The position numbers and the translations under genes are program-made. The notes below the pieces were generated by a model. That model made no database searches. It was not told the origin of the DNA and worked only from the letters and a program-made list of their open reading frames with translations. A DNA stretch of 64,000 nucleotides, taken from NCBI GenBank assembly GCA_002633005.1, contig NMRA01000071.1, positions 823,463 to 887,462 of the forward strand. Direction: 5' to 3'. This document shows positions 22,694 through 35,569 of the stretch, one piece after another (positions within the stretch are counted from its first letter, which is position 1; each line of letters opens with the position of its first letter). Source of the stretch: Phoronis australis. Taxonomy: Eukaryota; Animalia; Phoronida.

Positions 22694-25600
22694 TGTGTGG
22701 ACGCATGTGTATCGGTTTTGGACGCAATACCTTGGGTCTTTCTTGTGTTAAGAATGTTAGACACAACTTGAGTGAGTTTTGCTTTTACAAACGAGGATTG
22801 AGCGTTAATTCAAAGTAATTTCTGTTAAAATTAAATGTGATGTACAGCCGTTAATCCTTCTTAGATTATGTAAGCCAGAAGTGAGGATTGTCAAAAAACT
22901 GCAAACTGCCAAACTCGCCCAAACTGGGCAAAATATACGAAGTTCTCTTTTTACTAAATTTGGACACTACAACTCAGTTTGCAGTAATCCCGACCATGCG
23001 TACACTTTTGTAAATCCGGTTTCATATCACGCCTTCCTTCATTAAGGCTGCATTCCGCTCAGTGTCTGAAGTCCAGGGTCCGCAAGTTGGATAGGTTTTT
23101 ACGGACGGCCACTTAATTAACAAGTGTGCAGCAGTTTGTTTACGTTAGCAGCTTCGCATTTGATTTTCTGCAGTGATAAGCCCTCTGGCTGTCTGTGAGT
23201 GGAATGTGCTTCAGTATTCCGTTATTTAAACTGTTGCCTCTTTCTTGAATTTACGTCAACCAAAACAGTATGTTTTTGGTCAAAATCGACTCACATTCAA
23301 CAAAGATATGCCAATTTCTTTTTTTGCAAAATTTTCAGTCAACTGTTCTTCCACAAGCTTGCGTATATGTCATATCATGTTACTGGAATTGGTTATATTT
23401 TAATAGTTATAACTGGATTTCTGAGCAAATTTACTTCTGCAAAGCTGTAATTGTCATCTCCCGAAATTATGTCTCAAGAAAATAGCTCTTGTACATGTCA
23501 TGAAGGTTGTATTTTCCAGTTGATGACAGATTTCTTTGTTATAAAAGGCAATGAGAAAATTATGCAAAAAATGATTTTTATTAGATTGTTTTTCACTTAA
23601 AGGGCTTTAATGGGGAAGGTGAGTGTCGGTTGACTCCCAGATTTTGTATTCAAAAGGGCTGATCCTTAGCTCTTGACTACTGGTTGATATAAATTTCATG
23701 ATAAGGTGATGAGCAGAACTGCGGTGTAAATTCTGGAGATCTATATGAAGTTAATGCATGGCAGTTCTTAGCAGTATTTTGATGTTATTCTTCACTAGCT
23801 GTCTGGCTAAGCTTTAGCGTAACGCCAACTCACCAAATGTGTTCTGGCAAATTCACTAGTCACCAAACAGGAATTGAGGTTTTCAAACTTCATTGGTAAG
23901 AGTGATACAGAAATGAACAAGGGAGCTGAGGTAAAGAGTTAGTGAACACTGAACAATGGAGATCACTAAGACGCTGTTTTCTTTTTCAATTTTTGCTGGA
24001 ACGGAAAATGTGGCGTGTCTCCCGTTCTAGTTGACAATCAATGCCTCCTTTAGTGACCAATATACTAGAACTGTGCCTAGGTGCTTATGGTGACCTTGGT
24101 TCATGTTGTTTACCTGGGAATTTTGCCAGATCACATTATGCTAAAGTGTTGAACCTTGCAAATTGTTTTAACTCTGTGGCACTATTAATGTGTATTGTTA
24201 CACAGTTATGCTACTCAAGGAAAACCTTCTCAGTGACAATTCATTTTTCATTCCAAAGTTATATGTTCACATACTCTCCTGCTTTTAAATGTAGATGGCT
24301 AGACGTCCACACCAGGTTATTACTTTCATTGCAGTGACCTGTTATCATTTGGACATTTTCTAAGTTGAAAGTTAAAGGAAAACACATTTTGTGAAGTCAT
24401 TGATATTTCTCACGTATGTCTGATTATAGCCTTGTCTAGGACTCTGTTTAGCCACGAAATCCTTGGCTTGGATTCATATAAAAGACAAAAGAGCATTTTG
24501 GAAGACAGGCTGGGAGATCTCAAAGGTTTGTTACTATTCAGTCAGTAGTTCATTCAACTTAATGAGCTTTGAACTTTATGGTAGGTCAGATGTGTGGTAC
24601 ATGTGTGAATAAAGGAGCCTTGTGTATACTTGTTGCATGGGTTGAAAAACCAGCCATTCTAAACCAAGATTACATCAGATTGATTTGGTGTAACTTGCCA
24701 ATACTGTAAGGTATGGACATAGTGTACAACAGTAGAGAGTCACATGAGCTGTGTTGACTCAATGTAAAGCTGTATTTTGCCCTGTTTAACTAAAAACGAA
24801 AATGAAATTAATCCTTTTTACTCTTATTAAATCATTTAAAAAAATACTACACCACGATGAGACTATTACCAAAAAGAGCATAATTACACAACATGTTTGA
24901 AAATTGCGGATTTTATTGCGATTTGTCAACCCTAGAATTTGAAAGTGGCGCGCAGGGACTTCCACTGAGTACGAGGTCAGTCACGCAAGACAATAATAAC
25001 CATTTCCCATGAGTACATCACAGATCAGCTGTTGATATTGGCTTGGAATACATTTACAGACTGCGGTTGCTAAATAGGGCAAAGTTTACCTTCAAATTAC
25101 TTCGTGACAAAGTAAAAACAGAGAAAGGCTTTTCATTGAACTAGAGATCTTGTTATGGCTCAGTCAGGTGTGTGTTTGTGAGAGTGGGTGCATGTCAGTG
25201 TGTGAGTGAGCGAGCCTGCAGGCGTCTTGATTTAAAGGGAGACTATCACTGAGAAGAGTTATTGACAGATTATTCTAATCATGTTTAACTGGTAAACATG
25301 TCAGACGGGATTTCAGTGAATGTCTATCAATTTATAATAAAATCACAGAAATAAATAATGTTTTTTGTTGTTTTATAGTTCTGCTCAAAGCTAATAACTT
25401 AAAGAGGTTTATCTCCAATACCTGTAATATTCCTTTTTATGACAAGCGCATAACTTTGTCCATGTTGGATCAAGTGTTCTGAAGTTCTAGTTAGCATTTC
25501 TGTGTGGTTCATTGTGATTTTCCTATTGTATTACAGAGTCATTTATGGAAAAAATGGAGGAATACCTCGCTTCAACAGCTCGCAACACGATCTTCACAGA

Positions 25601-28600
25601 CGACTTGAAGACTGTGGCATATGTTGCATCAAACGACACAGATGTATCAACTTTAGTCAGCATGATTAAAAAGTAAGAAAGTGAAGCAGACACCAGGCTG
25701 TCATGGCCGCCTCGCTCATCAAATTTACTGTAAAAACTCATCAATTTCAGGCACGGTATGGTGGATAAGTGAAATTTTGTGTTGCCAATGTTATTTCATT
25801 CATGCCACGCTTTGCCATGTTCATGACAATAATTTGAACATTCACAACAGTGTTTGAAAAAGTGGAATAAAGACGATAAATAGCTGAATTTTGAAATAGC
25901 TGTACCATATTGAAATACTCTTTCCCGCTAGATGGCGATCAGGTCTTTGGAGGACAGGCGTTCAACACCACCTACACATCCCATGTAATGCCAATGGGTG
26001 ATTTCAGCCTACTGGTATCAACAGCATTTTAATACCCTTCCTGCTGTCATTATGCTGGCAAATTTCCACCGTTATGTGTTGGCAATTTATACAGATGCTT
26101 TACGGAAAAAGACAAACGTTTTAATCTTTCAATGTATGAACCATGTTCCATACATTTCCTACTGCGAAGAAGAATCTGCGACAAATCCATTGGCTTAGGA
26201 CGATAAAGTGGGAAATTTTCAATCCTAGCCCAAGCCGGTGTCGAACTGAACTTAAAGTAATCAAACAGTAGGAGGGGTTGACAGTGAAATTGATTCCCCT
26301 GTTTTTAAATAAATGAACCACTGTTTAGGAATTGAAATTTTTTTCCTCTAAATCTGAGTCAGGATCATTCACAAGACATTAGTCATTTTTATGATCTCTG
26401 TACTCTTGAGAGCACCAATATGAAAAGTCTCCTATTGACTTATTATTTTTGGTGAGATTTCACCATAGAGGCACTGCTACTGTAACTCTCAGTAGGTTGG
26501 CATTCATGAACATCACTGTTGCCACTCAGTAGGTTGCCATTATTGTACAGCCTGATGCAAGCTGTGCTTAGTTTGACAGTAATTAGTAGTAATTGTGGTG
26601 TTAATGTTTAGCTGAAAATGCTACTCTTTTGATTAAGACTTGTTGTCATTTCCAAAGAGGAGCTTCATTTAGTTGCTATTCCCTCCTGCCTAATCCAAAC
26701 TGACCTGAGTCTGTATAATGAACATTCAGGTATCACCAACAGAACAGCGAGATTAGGTTTGGTGTGTTCCATTTCGGACCAATCGTCATGAGGCTGTTAT
26801 ATTCTCTTGATAAACCACAGATGGCGCTGGAGTTGTTCAAGGATCATGTAAGTTCTGTGCCACTTTGGTGTTGTTCTAGTACTTGCTGGTCCCAGATTCA
26901 GACCAGAATAATGTATTTTGATCTGTGACACTTCATTGGAATGTAACATTTGACATTCACCTTTTAGTATGGTACACAACAGCTGTAAACCAAGCAGACA
27001 TGCTGAAATTATAGAAAAATGATGAAAGTTATCTCCCTCCACCCTTTCTGTGTGCACCGTCTGCCGTAAATGAGATAGGGCAATGATACCCTGAAGTGTT
27101 TGGACTTGTGATACAAAAGGTTAAGAAATGTCAAACATGAAATCAGTCTTCCCTGTTGTCTCTTTACTTTGTGTTATTTAGATTTATTCTAAAATGTTTT
27201 TGATAACTTGAAACAAAAATGATTACACTGGGATACTCGTTGGGCTTCATTTATGAGTTTAAATCAGTACAATACAAATTTTAATGCAAACCAGATTGTT
27301 TAATAATTAGAGACCCTTTCAGTGTGACATGATTTTTCAAAATAGACAGAATAGTTTACAGATTTTTTGTAAAACATGACATGCTACTTCAATGTGGATG
27401 ATTTTGAAATTATGAATTAGAAATAGTTTACATACTTTAGCCATAGAAAAAAAAGTTAATTATCTCATATAATGTTCTCCCACAGCTCACTGCCGACTGA
27501 GTACTCAGGGTGTAACCTTAAGGCCAAAGGCCAGTTCTGTGTACTCTCATATCCAACTAGTGAACTCATAGTGTCTGCTTACAGCCAGCTCTGTGTACTC
27601 TCACATCCAACCTTCCAGGTCTCTGTTTTTGGCTATAGGTAGCGCTGTGTAATCTCAGATCCAACTAGCCAGCTCACTGTGTACACCAGCTTGGATGGTG
27701 TTTCCAGCTGCAGTTAAGGAAATCCTTGGGATCCAGGAAAAAGGGGGGGTTCTCCCACCATCGGCAGTAAAGGGTTTTACGCCAAGATTGCTCAACGAAA
27801 ACTCAACAAATTGGTGAATGATTACTGTGTAAACTTAAGAGTTGTATTAACATTCAAGTCTCTGGAACTGTCGAATTTATTTAACCCTAAGGACAAAATT
27901 CCTATGGGTCTACGGTCCAGGGTAGTGTTCAAATTTATCTGTGCTGGATGTGGCTCCAGTTATATAGGCGAAACTGTTCGCCATTTGAAAACCAGGACCA
28001 AGGAAATCTAAATTCCAACAGAGGTTCACATGTAAATATTCACCTACAGAGCTCCAATCATTGTTATCAGCAGTGCTCTTTCAAGGACTTTGCAACAATA
28101 GACCAGGCAGTGACAACAAAGGAGCTTAAAATTGTTGAGGCTCTACACATCAGTTGATGCAAGCCCAATCTCAATAGGCAACTGGCACACCACAGGTTGT
28201 CATTGTTGGTCTAGTTCATTGTCACTCCCTGTAACTGACTGTATCTGTACTTCTTTACTTGTTGCTGGGCCTAGCTAGGTGGCCACTGCATTCTCTCTTC
28301 TGATGATGGTGTTTGAATAAATGACACCGAAACATGTCCTGTCGAATTAAAACCATTGTTGTTTTCTTTAAGAATTTTAAATTATTGGTCAGCATTTGCC
28401 ACCAAGTCAGCAGAGTAAGAAAGTATTCTCGAGTGCTATCGTGGGGATTTTTGACAATTTTCTTTCTTTCACCAACAGTTGTAATACCAGGAGGGCGGTA
28501 ATAAAAAGCAATGAGTAGGGTAACTACTCAGTAACTTAATCGTCAAATTTAGAAAACTCACCTTGGGGTGCATGTTTGGAGCACACGTGAGCCAAATGTA

Positions 28601-31600
28601 CCGTGGTTCCAGGAATGGGAAGGCATTCATTTAGTAAGTTGGCTAAGAATATCATTTTATGCACCCAAAAGACCCTTGTGTATCCTATTCGCTCATCGCC
28701 AAAAATCGTCACGACGGACTTTCATATTCAACCTCTGAATGATAACTAATAAGTAGATGCAGTGCTTAATAAGTTATTCTACAAATGGCAGCTAAAAACA
28801 CAACTTTTTTAGACTATCACATGTTGGTATAAGCACGCCATGTTTACGAGCTCAAGGAGAAGCTGCGAACAAAAGCACGAGTTCAGGCTCAAGTTCTGTT
28901 AGCGGTAAGTGGGTGATGGGCGGTTACCAGAGAAGTGAAAATTTTTGCAAATTGGCTATGGGCGATTACCAAAACAGTGGACGCAAACATCAAAATTTGG
29001 CAAAATTCGGTATGGGCCTTACCTGGGGCATAGGTATTAACCCACGAGTTTACGTTAATGAATTTTTTTGATTGGCCCCAGTTTGTTATAACAGCCCGAT
29101 TTATTTCAATTTTATAACAAATCAGGTGGCAATGCTTATCCAAATTTGTTACAATGGCTCATTTTGTTTAAATTGTAATAAAGCATGCAGTTGTTGTAAT
29201 AAACCTCTTATATTTGAAGTTTGCCTCCAGTGAATTATAATCACAAGTTGACCTACGTAGCACTGGGCCAAGTAAAAACATTTTAAAAGTGCTCACAGGC
29301 AAGGATTCGTTTACATCATACAAACTACTTAATGTTACTCTCCATACTTAGGCCTGGTTAATACCTTTGTTCTGCTTAAAGACTCCGGCCTCATTTAAGT
29401 ATGGAAATTTTGACAGACTGCTTAATCCTGCCCTAAGAATGTCTGTTACCCATTGTCGGTTAATCTGTTACCCAATTTCTGTTATCCAATGTTTGTTACC
29501 CAATGACTCTTACCCAATGCATATACTTCCCCCTTTTGAGCCAGCTTTTCCCCCATAGTCACTTTGTAACAGCTTTAAGTCATCATTTTATCACAAGTTA
29601 ACATTACTTTTCATTCTTCATCAGGACTTGGATGGATTCTTTGACCAGATGTCAGCCTTCCTTGTTCTGTTAGACTTACTTTATGAACATGGGATGTACA
29701 AAGAAGTTTTGGAAGCGTTTGATATAGTCAAGAACCGTCAGTTGTTGGGATTTAGGTATCCAAATGACTGTACTACGCTAGCTTTGGCGGCTTGTTACAA
29801 GTTGGTAAGTGTGGTAGGGTGTACAGCTTAAAGGAAATGTTGAGAGTTTCAGTTGAGCCAATATGGAAGGTAGTGTCTCAATAGTCTTAGTGACACCTGC
29901 GTTTCAGCAATTATTGAATCCCACTTAGATGTGTCAATTAACGACAGATTTTACAAAATATTAATGAACACTGACTGGCTCATAGCACTTTCATTATAAT
30001 TTCAGAACACGGCGGAATCATTTGAATGGGCCAAGCGCATCATTAGCGGTGCTCAAGAAATGGGTAGCAATCTGTCACAGAGGTCAATATGTTATGTAGC
30101 CCTACTGGCTCTCAATCAGGTACTCTAGATATACTGTAGTAGATATACTGGTCTTGAAATGGGGATTGGGTGGTGGTGGTGGCAGCAGATACTTAGCTGT
30201 CATTGGTCACCAGATACAGGCTTACTTAGCTGTTACTGTTCAGAAGACACAGGCTTACTTAGCCGTCATTGGTTACCAGATACAGGCTCACTTAGCTGTC
30301 ATTGATCAACAGGTGCAGGCTTACTTAGTTGTCACTGGTCACAAGATACAAATGCACAGGCTTACAAGTGAATGTACTTAATAGGTGTCATTGGTTGCCA
30401 GATACATGTCTGTTTTGACTCGTTATACCCTTGCACTGTTTAACTTTATCCTAAATTATTGTAGAACCAGCCTGAGGCTGCACTGGAACTGGTGTCTATA
30501 AGGCCAGAGAAGAAGGTGGGCATAGTGTCAAATATCCAGGTAAGGAGACGCACTATTGCAGACCAAGGTGAAGCCACTGTACCAGATTAGTGTTGTTTCA
30601 CTGTAGCACTAGCTTGTCTTATTGTTAATATATGCCTACTTTTGACAGATCCCACTACTGCTGTGCCCCCTATTGGCAATTTCAATATTTTACCTTTGGT
30701 GGTATGTCTTCTGAGTCCCTTGATGCATTTTCATGCAATTTTACAAATAGGAATCTATTATGGAGACGACAACACCTTCACATTTTCAGACGGATTCGAC
30801 TTGTTTTGTGCAGCTGACCTTGATTTTTGGAAGGGTCCGACTTCTAATTGGCACTTTCCAGTCTGCAGTTGTATCTTGTAGTCTTTGTGAAATTTGGCAA
30901 GTGATTTTCTATGAATGTCACAATGAATGACGATGACTTGCGGTTGGATCTGACCACCACTTGGCTCCTAATGGCTGTTTCCGTTTGCCTCTGTAGCTTC
31001 AGAGCTCCGTGGCAGGTTTTATGATTGTGCATATTCTGTGCCACTTAGCAGTCATGTTTCATTATTGTCAAGTCTGTCCTACTGACAACATCAACGCTAA
31101 CGTTGACTTACAGATGGCTCCGACTAATGTGGTGCCCCCTAATGATGATTTTGTTTCTTTTTGTTGAATACATCACAGGTACACCTTGCATGATCTGTAT
31201 GAAATTTTGCCAGTCCATTCCACATTGCAGCAGATGACAGCTTCTTTCGAATGTGTCAGACTATCACTGTGCCTGCTATTGGCAAGTTATGTAACAATTT
31301 CCTGTGTAGATTTTCATATTTGGCGCACGTGTACATATTTACCATATTTGATAGCCAAAACATTTGTCTGTGTGAATTTTTTATTTAGACTATTTGCAAT
31401 ATTTGTGTGTACAGGAAAAAACACAATATCCATGGTCTTCATGTGGATGGATGGAAATGCAACTTTTTGATGCTTGGTAATAATCGCTGACGTCAAAATA
31501 AAATAAACTTAAAGCCATCAAGACTAAGAATAGCAGCTGACTGCAATAAAATTGTGTCTGTTAAGTCGGCATCCACAAGTCGGTAGAAAAAGTTTGCATT

Positions 31601-33169
31601 GAAAGCAACTGTGTGATAGGCTGGTGATTGTATGCAGAACAATTAGCAGACGGCTTCGTAATTTTCCGAACAACTGACGTCCAGTTTGTGACTTGTTTCT
31701 TACAAATCACACAAAAATTAGGGACCTGTGCTGTACAGTATGTGTGTGGCTCATTGATTTGGATAAGTTTGTTTGGATTGTGAAAATCAAAAATTTTTGC
31801 CGCTATGTTTTGGTTGAGTAGACTAGCTTAGCTGCCATCTGAAAGGAGTGACTATAGAGTGAAAGTGTTCAACAATATTTTAAGGATAACTTGATGCTTT
31901 ACATCCTCGCTAATTACACATTATTCTCATTCATAAATGTATTAAACAACTTTTTGTGTTAATTCATACTTTTTTCTTCTGTCCAGGCTTTGACCTACTT
32001 GGAGTTGAATCGAGTTGACGACGCCATATTGTGTCTAAAGGGAGCGCTTCATCAAGACGTGCCTTCACATTTCACAACAGGCAATGAAATATTCCAGACA
32101 ACAGTGAGTGACGGGTTATGGGTGGTTGTAACAATCGCAACAAAATTGCTGTTGATGGTCTGGAATTTTTACTTTTACGAACAATTTACTCTAACATTGG
32201 GATAAAATAAACTAACTTAAGTACTGTTAACTACTTAAATTCACTGAGGACAGTTGGCAGTGCTTGGTTACTCATAATTTTCCACACATCAGTTACAATT
32301 GCTATATTATCAGGTTATTTGGTACACCCCATCAGTAATTTTTTTTTTCAAAATCAGTGGAGAATTACAGTAATTGTTTTGAGATTGGTCAGTTGAAGTA
32401 ATTTGTGACCGGTCAGTTGAAGTAATTTGTGATTAGTCAGTTGAAATTATTTTGTGATTGATCTGTTGGTACGAGTACCCTTTAAAAAATGCACTTGCTT
32501 GGCTTACGTAGAACAGATCTTGTCAATCAGAAGAAGGCATCCTCAGCAAAACAGGATATTTTGAAAGTGGCCTATGGGTCTTTACTCAATTCATAAAATG
32601 TTCAGTGCCATCCAACTTGCACAGTGATCCATTGGTGCATCACCAGAAATTCAACTTTTGAATTCTACCTTTAAATTCACTGTGAATACCTTGTTTGAAG
32701 AAAATTGATAAATGAGATATAAAATGGATTTGCATTAAAATGTATTTGACAGGTTTTAATTAACTATACAGCTGAATATGTAACCTAAACTTGCTTAACC
32801 AATACACAAACAAGAGAATAAAGTCTTGATGTAGCCTAGACTGTACAATGGATTGAGTTTCAGTTTTGTCATGTTTCACTATTTTACAGTTAGTGTTACA
32901 TCTTGTTTCACTTACAGTTGGACAAAGTCAAGTCTGCTGTGGAGAAGTTGTCTGATGCAACAAGAAGGAAGAAGTTTGAGCTCCTGGAGAGGGCATTAGT
33001 CGAAGGCGGTCATGTTTCTACTCGTGACCTTGAACAGTTTGTGTGCATGACAATCACACGTCCTCGAAGACAGAACCAACACAGCTATAAGTCACGTTAC
33101 CGACCTCCGCCCCAGGCATCATTTAGTAGAGCACGCACTGACAGACGTGGAATAATGGACGGGGAATGA
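22684..33169 (+). CDS. PTCD2: Pentatricopeptide repeat-containing protein 2, mitochondrial (~398 aa, 10 exons)
   Basis: Exons 22684-22771, 23174-23194 (microexon, less certain), 24430-24525, 25537-25672, 26730-26847, 29625-29804, 30006-30119, 30465-30539, 31987-32103, 32918-33169, phases compatible. Motifs IFTDDLK, FHFGPIVMRLLYSLD, GFFDQMSAFLVLLDLL, LALAACYKLNTAESF and ALLALNQ match PTCD2; the N-terminus is Arg-rich like a presequence. Confidence 0.9.
27770..28370 (+). mobile_element. Penelope-like retroelement 3' fragment (GIY-YIG endonuclease) in a PTCD2 intron
   Basis: KDKIP...RSRVVFKFICAGCGSSYIGETVRHLKTR, then a frameshift into ...LKIVEALHIS..KPNLNRQ; followed by a hammerhead-like motif. 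Confidence 0.85.
28300..28338 (+). ncRNA. Minimal hammerhead ribozyme-like motif of a Penelope pseudo-LTR (degenerate)
   Basis: CTGATGA-T-GGTGT...ACACC-GAAAC-AT-GTC: core boxes and stem II present; stem I pairing is poor. Confidence 0.55.
30186..30410 (+). repeat. 33-bp degenerate minisatellite after PTCD2 exon 7
   Basis: gcttacttagctgtcattggtcaccagatacag, ~6 copies. Confidence 0.85.
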
Positions 33170-33595
33170 ATGTCAGCACTGACAGATGGTGCGTTTGTGT
33201 GTTCAGTTCACTGGTCCTGAGTCATGACGTGCAGCATCTGATTGACTGTTGTGTCCATGGTGATGCTCTTAGAACTAATTTGCATTGTGATACCATGCTG
33301 TTAGTTTGGACGCTTAAATCTTATGTAAAGGTTTAGAAGCAGTGGACAATCATCCGTGTGATGCGTGCTGATGCCTTGTGGAGATATCCTACTTCAGTAC
33401 TTGAACCATATACAAACAAGGAACACAATGTCCTCACAACTGTGGTTGTTTAAAAAAATAGCGTGAAAAATTGACTATTGAAAGTTAAATATTTATTTCA
33501 ATACAGTAGTACAACTTTTCGTTTTATTTCTATCTAAAAATCATTGAATTCTTCTACGGTTTTGCACCTGATTTATCATTGGAGTTATGCCTGAA

Positions 33596-34157
33596 CAGCG
33601 CTGGATGCTAAGGTTAACACAAAGTCTCATTTGGCAACTTAACTAAAATTCCAGGTCGCCAAAAGATATGTGAGGACATCAAAACTGAAAATCCACAATC
33701 TGAGGTTTACCAATTTGCCATGGACTAACAATAAAGGTCCTACATGCTCCATTCTTAGCATCTTAGGTGAACCTCTACAATTTTTCCCTTTCTCCCTGTA
33801 AATGTTCATTTTCTTTCTCCTACTCCATTGCTCTCCCCAACCAACGAACATAGAGCGCAGACGATCGCATCCACTGTTGGCGAGGGTTTCACCCATCTTA
33901 CTGTTGTAATTTAAGTGTGGATTTGATATGTGCTTACTGCTGTGGTGGCAAATGCACCAATTTCATGAAAAAAAAACGGAACAATTGTGAACCAAAGGTA
34001 ATTAATCTATGAAAACTGTTAGTAATTAGTTTGCAATTCACACAGACTTTGAAACGAATTTAGGGGAATTATGTTCCGACTGTGATACTGGCACTGTGGA
34101 GACTTGAAATTTTCTCAGGTTGCCAAACATAATCTGAGGTTGCCAAATATAGCGCTG
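33596..34157. mobile_element. hAT-like MITE
   Basis: Termini CAGCGCT...AGCGCTG with subterminal aggt(c/t)gccaaa repeats at both ends; no clear TSD. Confidence 0.4.
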
Positions 34158-35569
34158 TCTTGCCTTATGTAAAATTACAACTTTTTATGACTTGCCGTTT
34201 TAAAACTAGTCTCAACTTGTCCCTTACTTGGATTAAGTAAGTTTGGAAAGAACTATATGTGCCGGTTAGCAGCAGGTTGACCACAATTGCTCTTTTTACC
34301 CACCCACAGCAGCAATTCACAAGACTTTGTCCAATGACGCAATTGTTTTGGTAGGTGAAACTGTGACGCCAAGAGCCATCCTGCCGCACTTAAAATGTTG
34401 TGCCTAGGAACTGTTTGCGTTTAAAATTTGGTCAATGTCTTATTTTGTGGCCCAAAACGAAGTTCTGTTTCATTGTTTAAGGCTGGTCCACGTACCTACA
34501 AATGGTCTTAGTCGCCGTGTGCTGCAAATACATTATTTGTGGTCATTATTAGTTCTATCAGATAATTGACTTGCTTTATTAAGAACAACATTGGGGAACT
34601 GGGTTGCAAGTGTCACTCCTACTCGCTGATTTCATATAAGTGGTTTAAAGTTCAGGCTGGTTTAAACTGATCTTAGATCCGGTTTAAAGATAATCTGCAT
34701 TTCATAAATGTGGTAACATTTAAACCAGTGGTCTAGTAAAACCTGGTTTGACCAGTTCATGAGGAACCCTTTCCAGCTGAAAATTGACCGTCGGACGGCC
34801 TTCGTCCGACGGTTGNTGATTAGATATATTGCTTATCTTTCATATTACTTCATTTATTGTAAAATAATTGCAATGTAAGTGCAACCAACCTATTGGGATG
34901 TAACGTTTCTACAAAATTCGTTCTCAGCCAATGTAACTACCATATAACAGGTTTCTGGTTCCTCCATATGAAAATCCAGGTCAAAAAGAAGGTCACAAGT
35001 AGTCCTATTCAGTTGGAGAATTTTATGATGCCATCTTAACTGAGGCAGGCCAGCCAGCTGACTCTCTATTGTGTTGGCAGGGAATGGGGTAATTGAAACT
35101 TGCGCTTCAGTTAACAATTCTAATTGGGTTTTGGCTTGAATTTTCAGCAGGGATAGATTCGTCATGTGAAACCTGGTCTAAGCTGGTTTTCATTTCTCAA
35201 CCGGAATTAATTAACTGTCGTAATATAACACTTAGACCTGTAGCCTTTAAGCTAGAAGTAGAGGAATGACCATAGACATATTTTAATATGTAGTATTAAA
35301 ATACTATAGACCGGGCGCACGCGCTACTGCAGCTGACAACTTGACGCCATATTGGAGAGTGCTACTAGTCACGTGACACGGCTAATTGCCGTGTAAACGA
35401 ACGGAGTAAATTGTCCTTTTCAATATATCTAACAAATAAACTGGCCGAAGAGTGTAATTTTTTCCAGAAACATACAAAAACATGTGATGTAGCACTTGCA
35501 TTTTTTAAGAGTTAATCAGTCGATAGGGAAAATATCGAACTATTAGAAGATCGCAACCAGTGGCAGATT

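Noticed and set aside
34890-35165. Possible Harbinger transposase fragment
   Set aside because: Only vague similarity and no catalytic motif visible.
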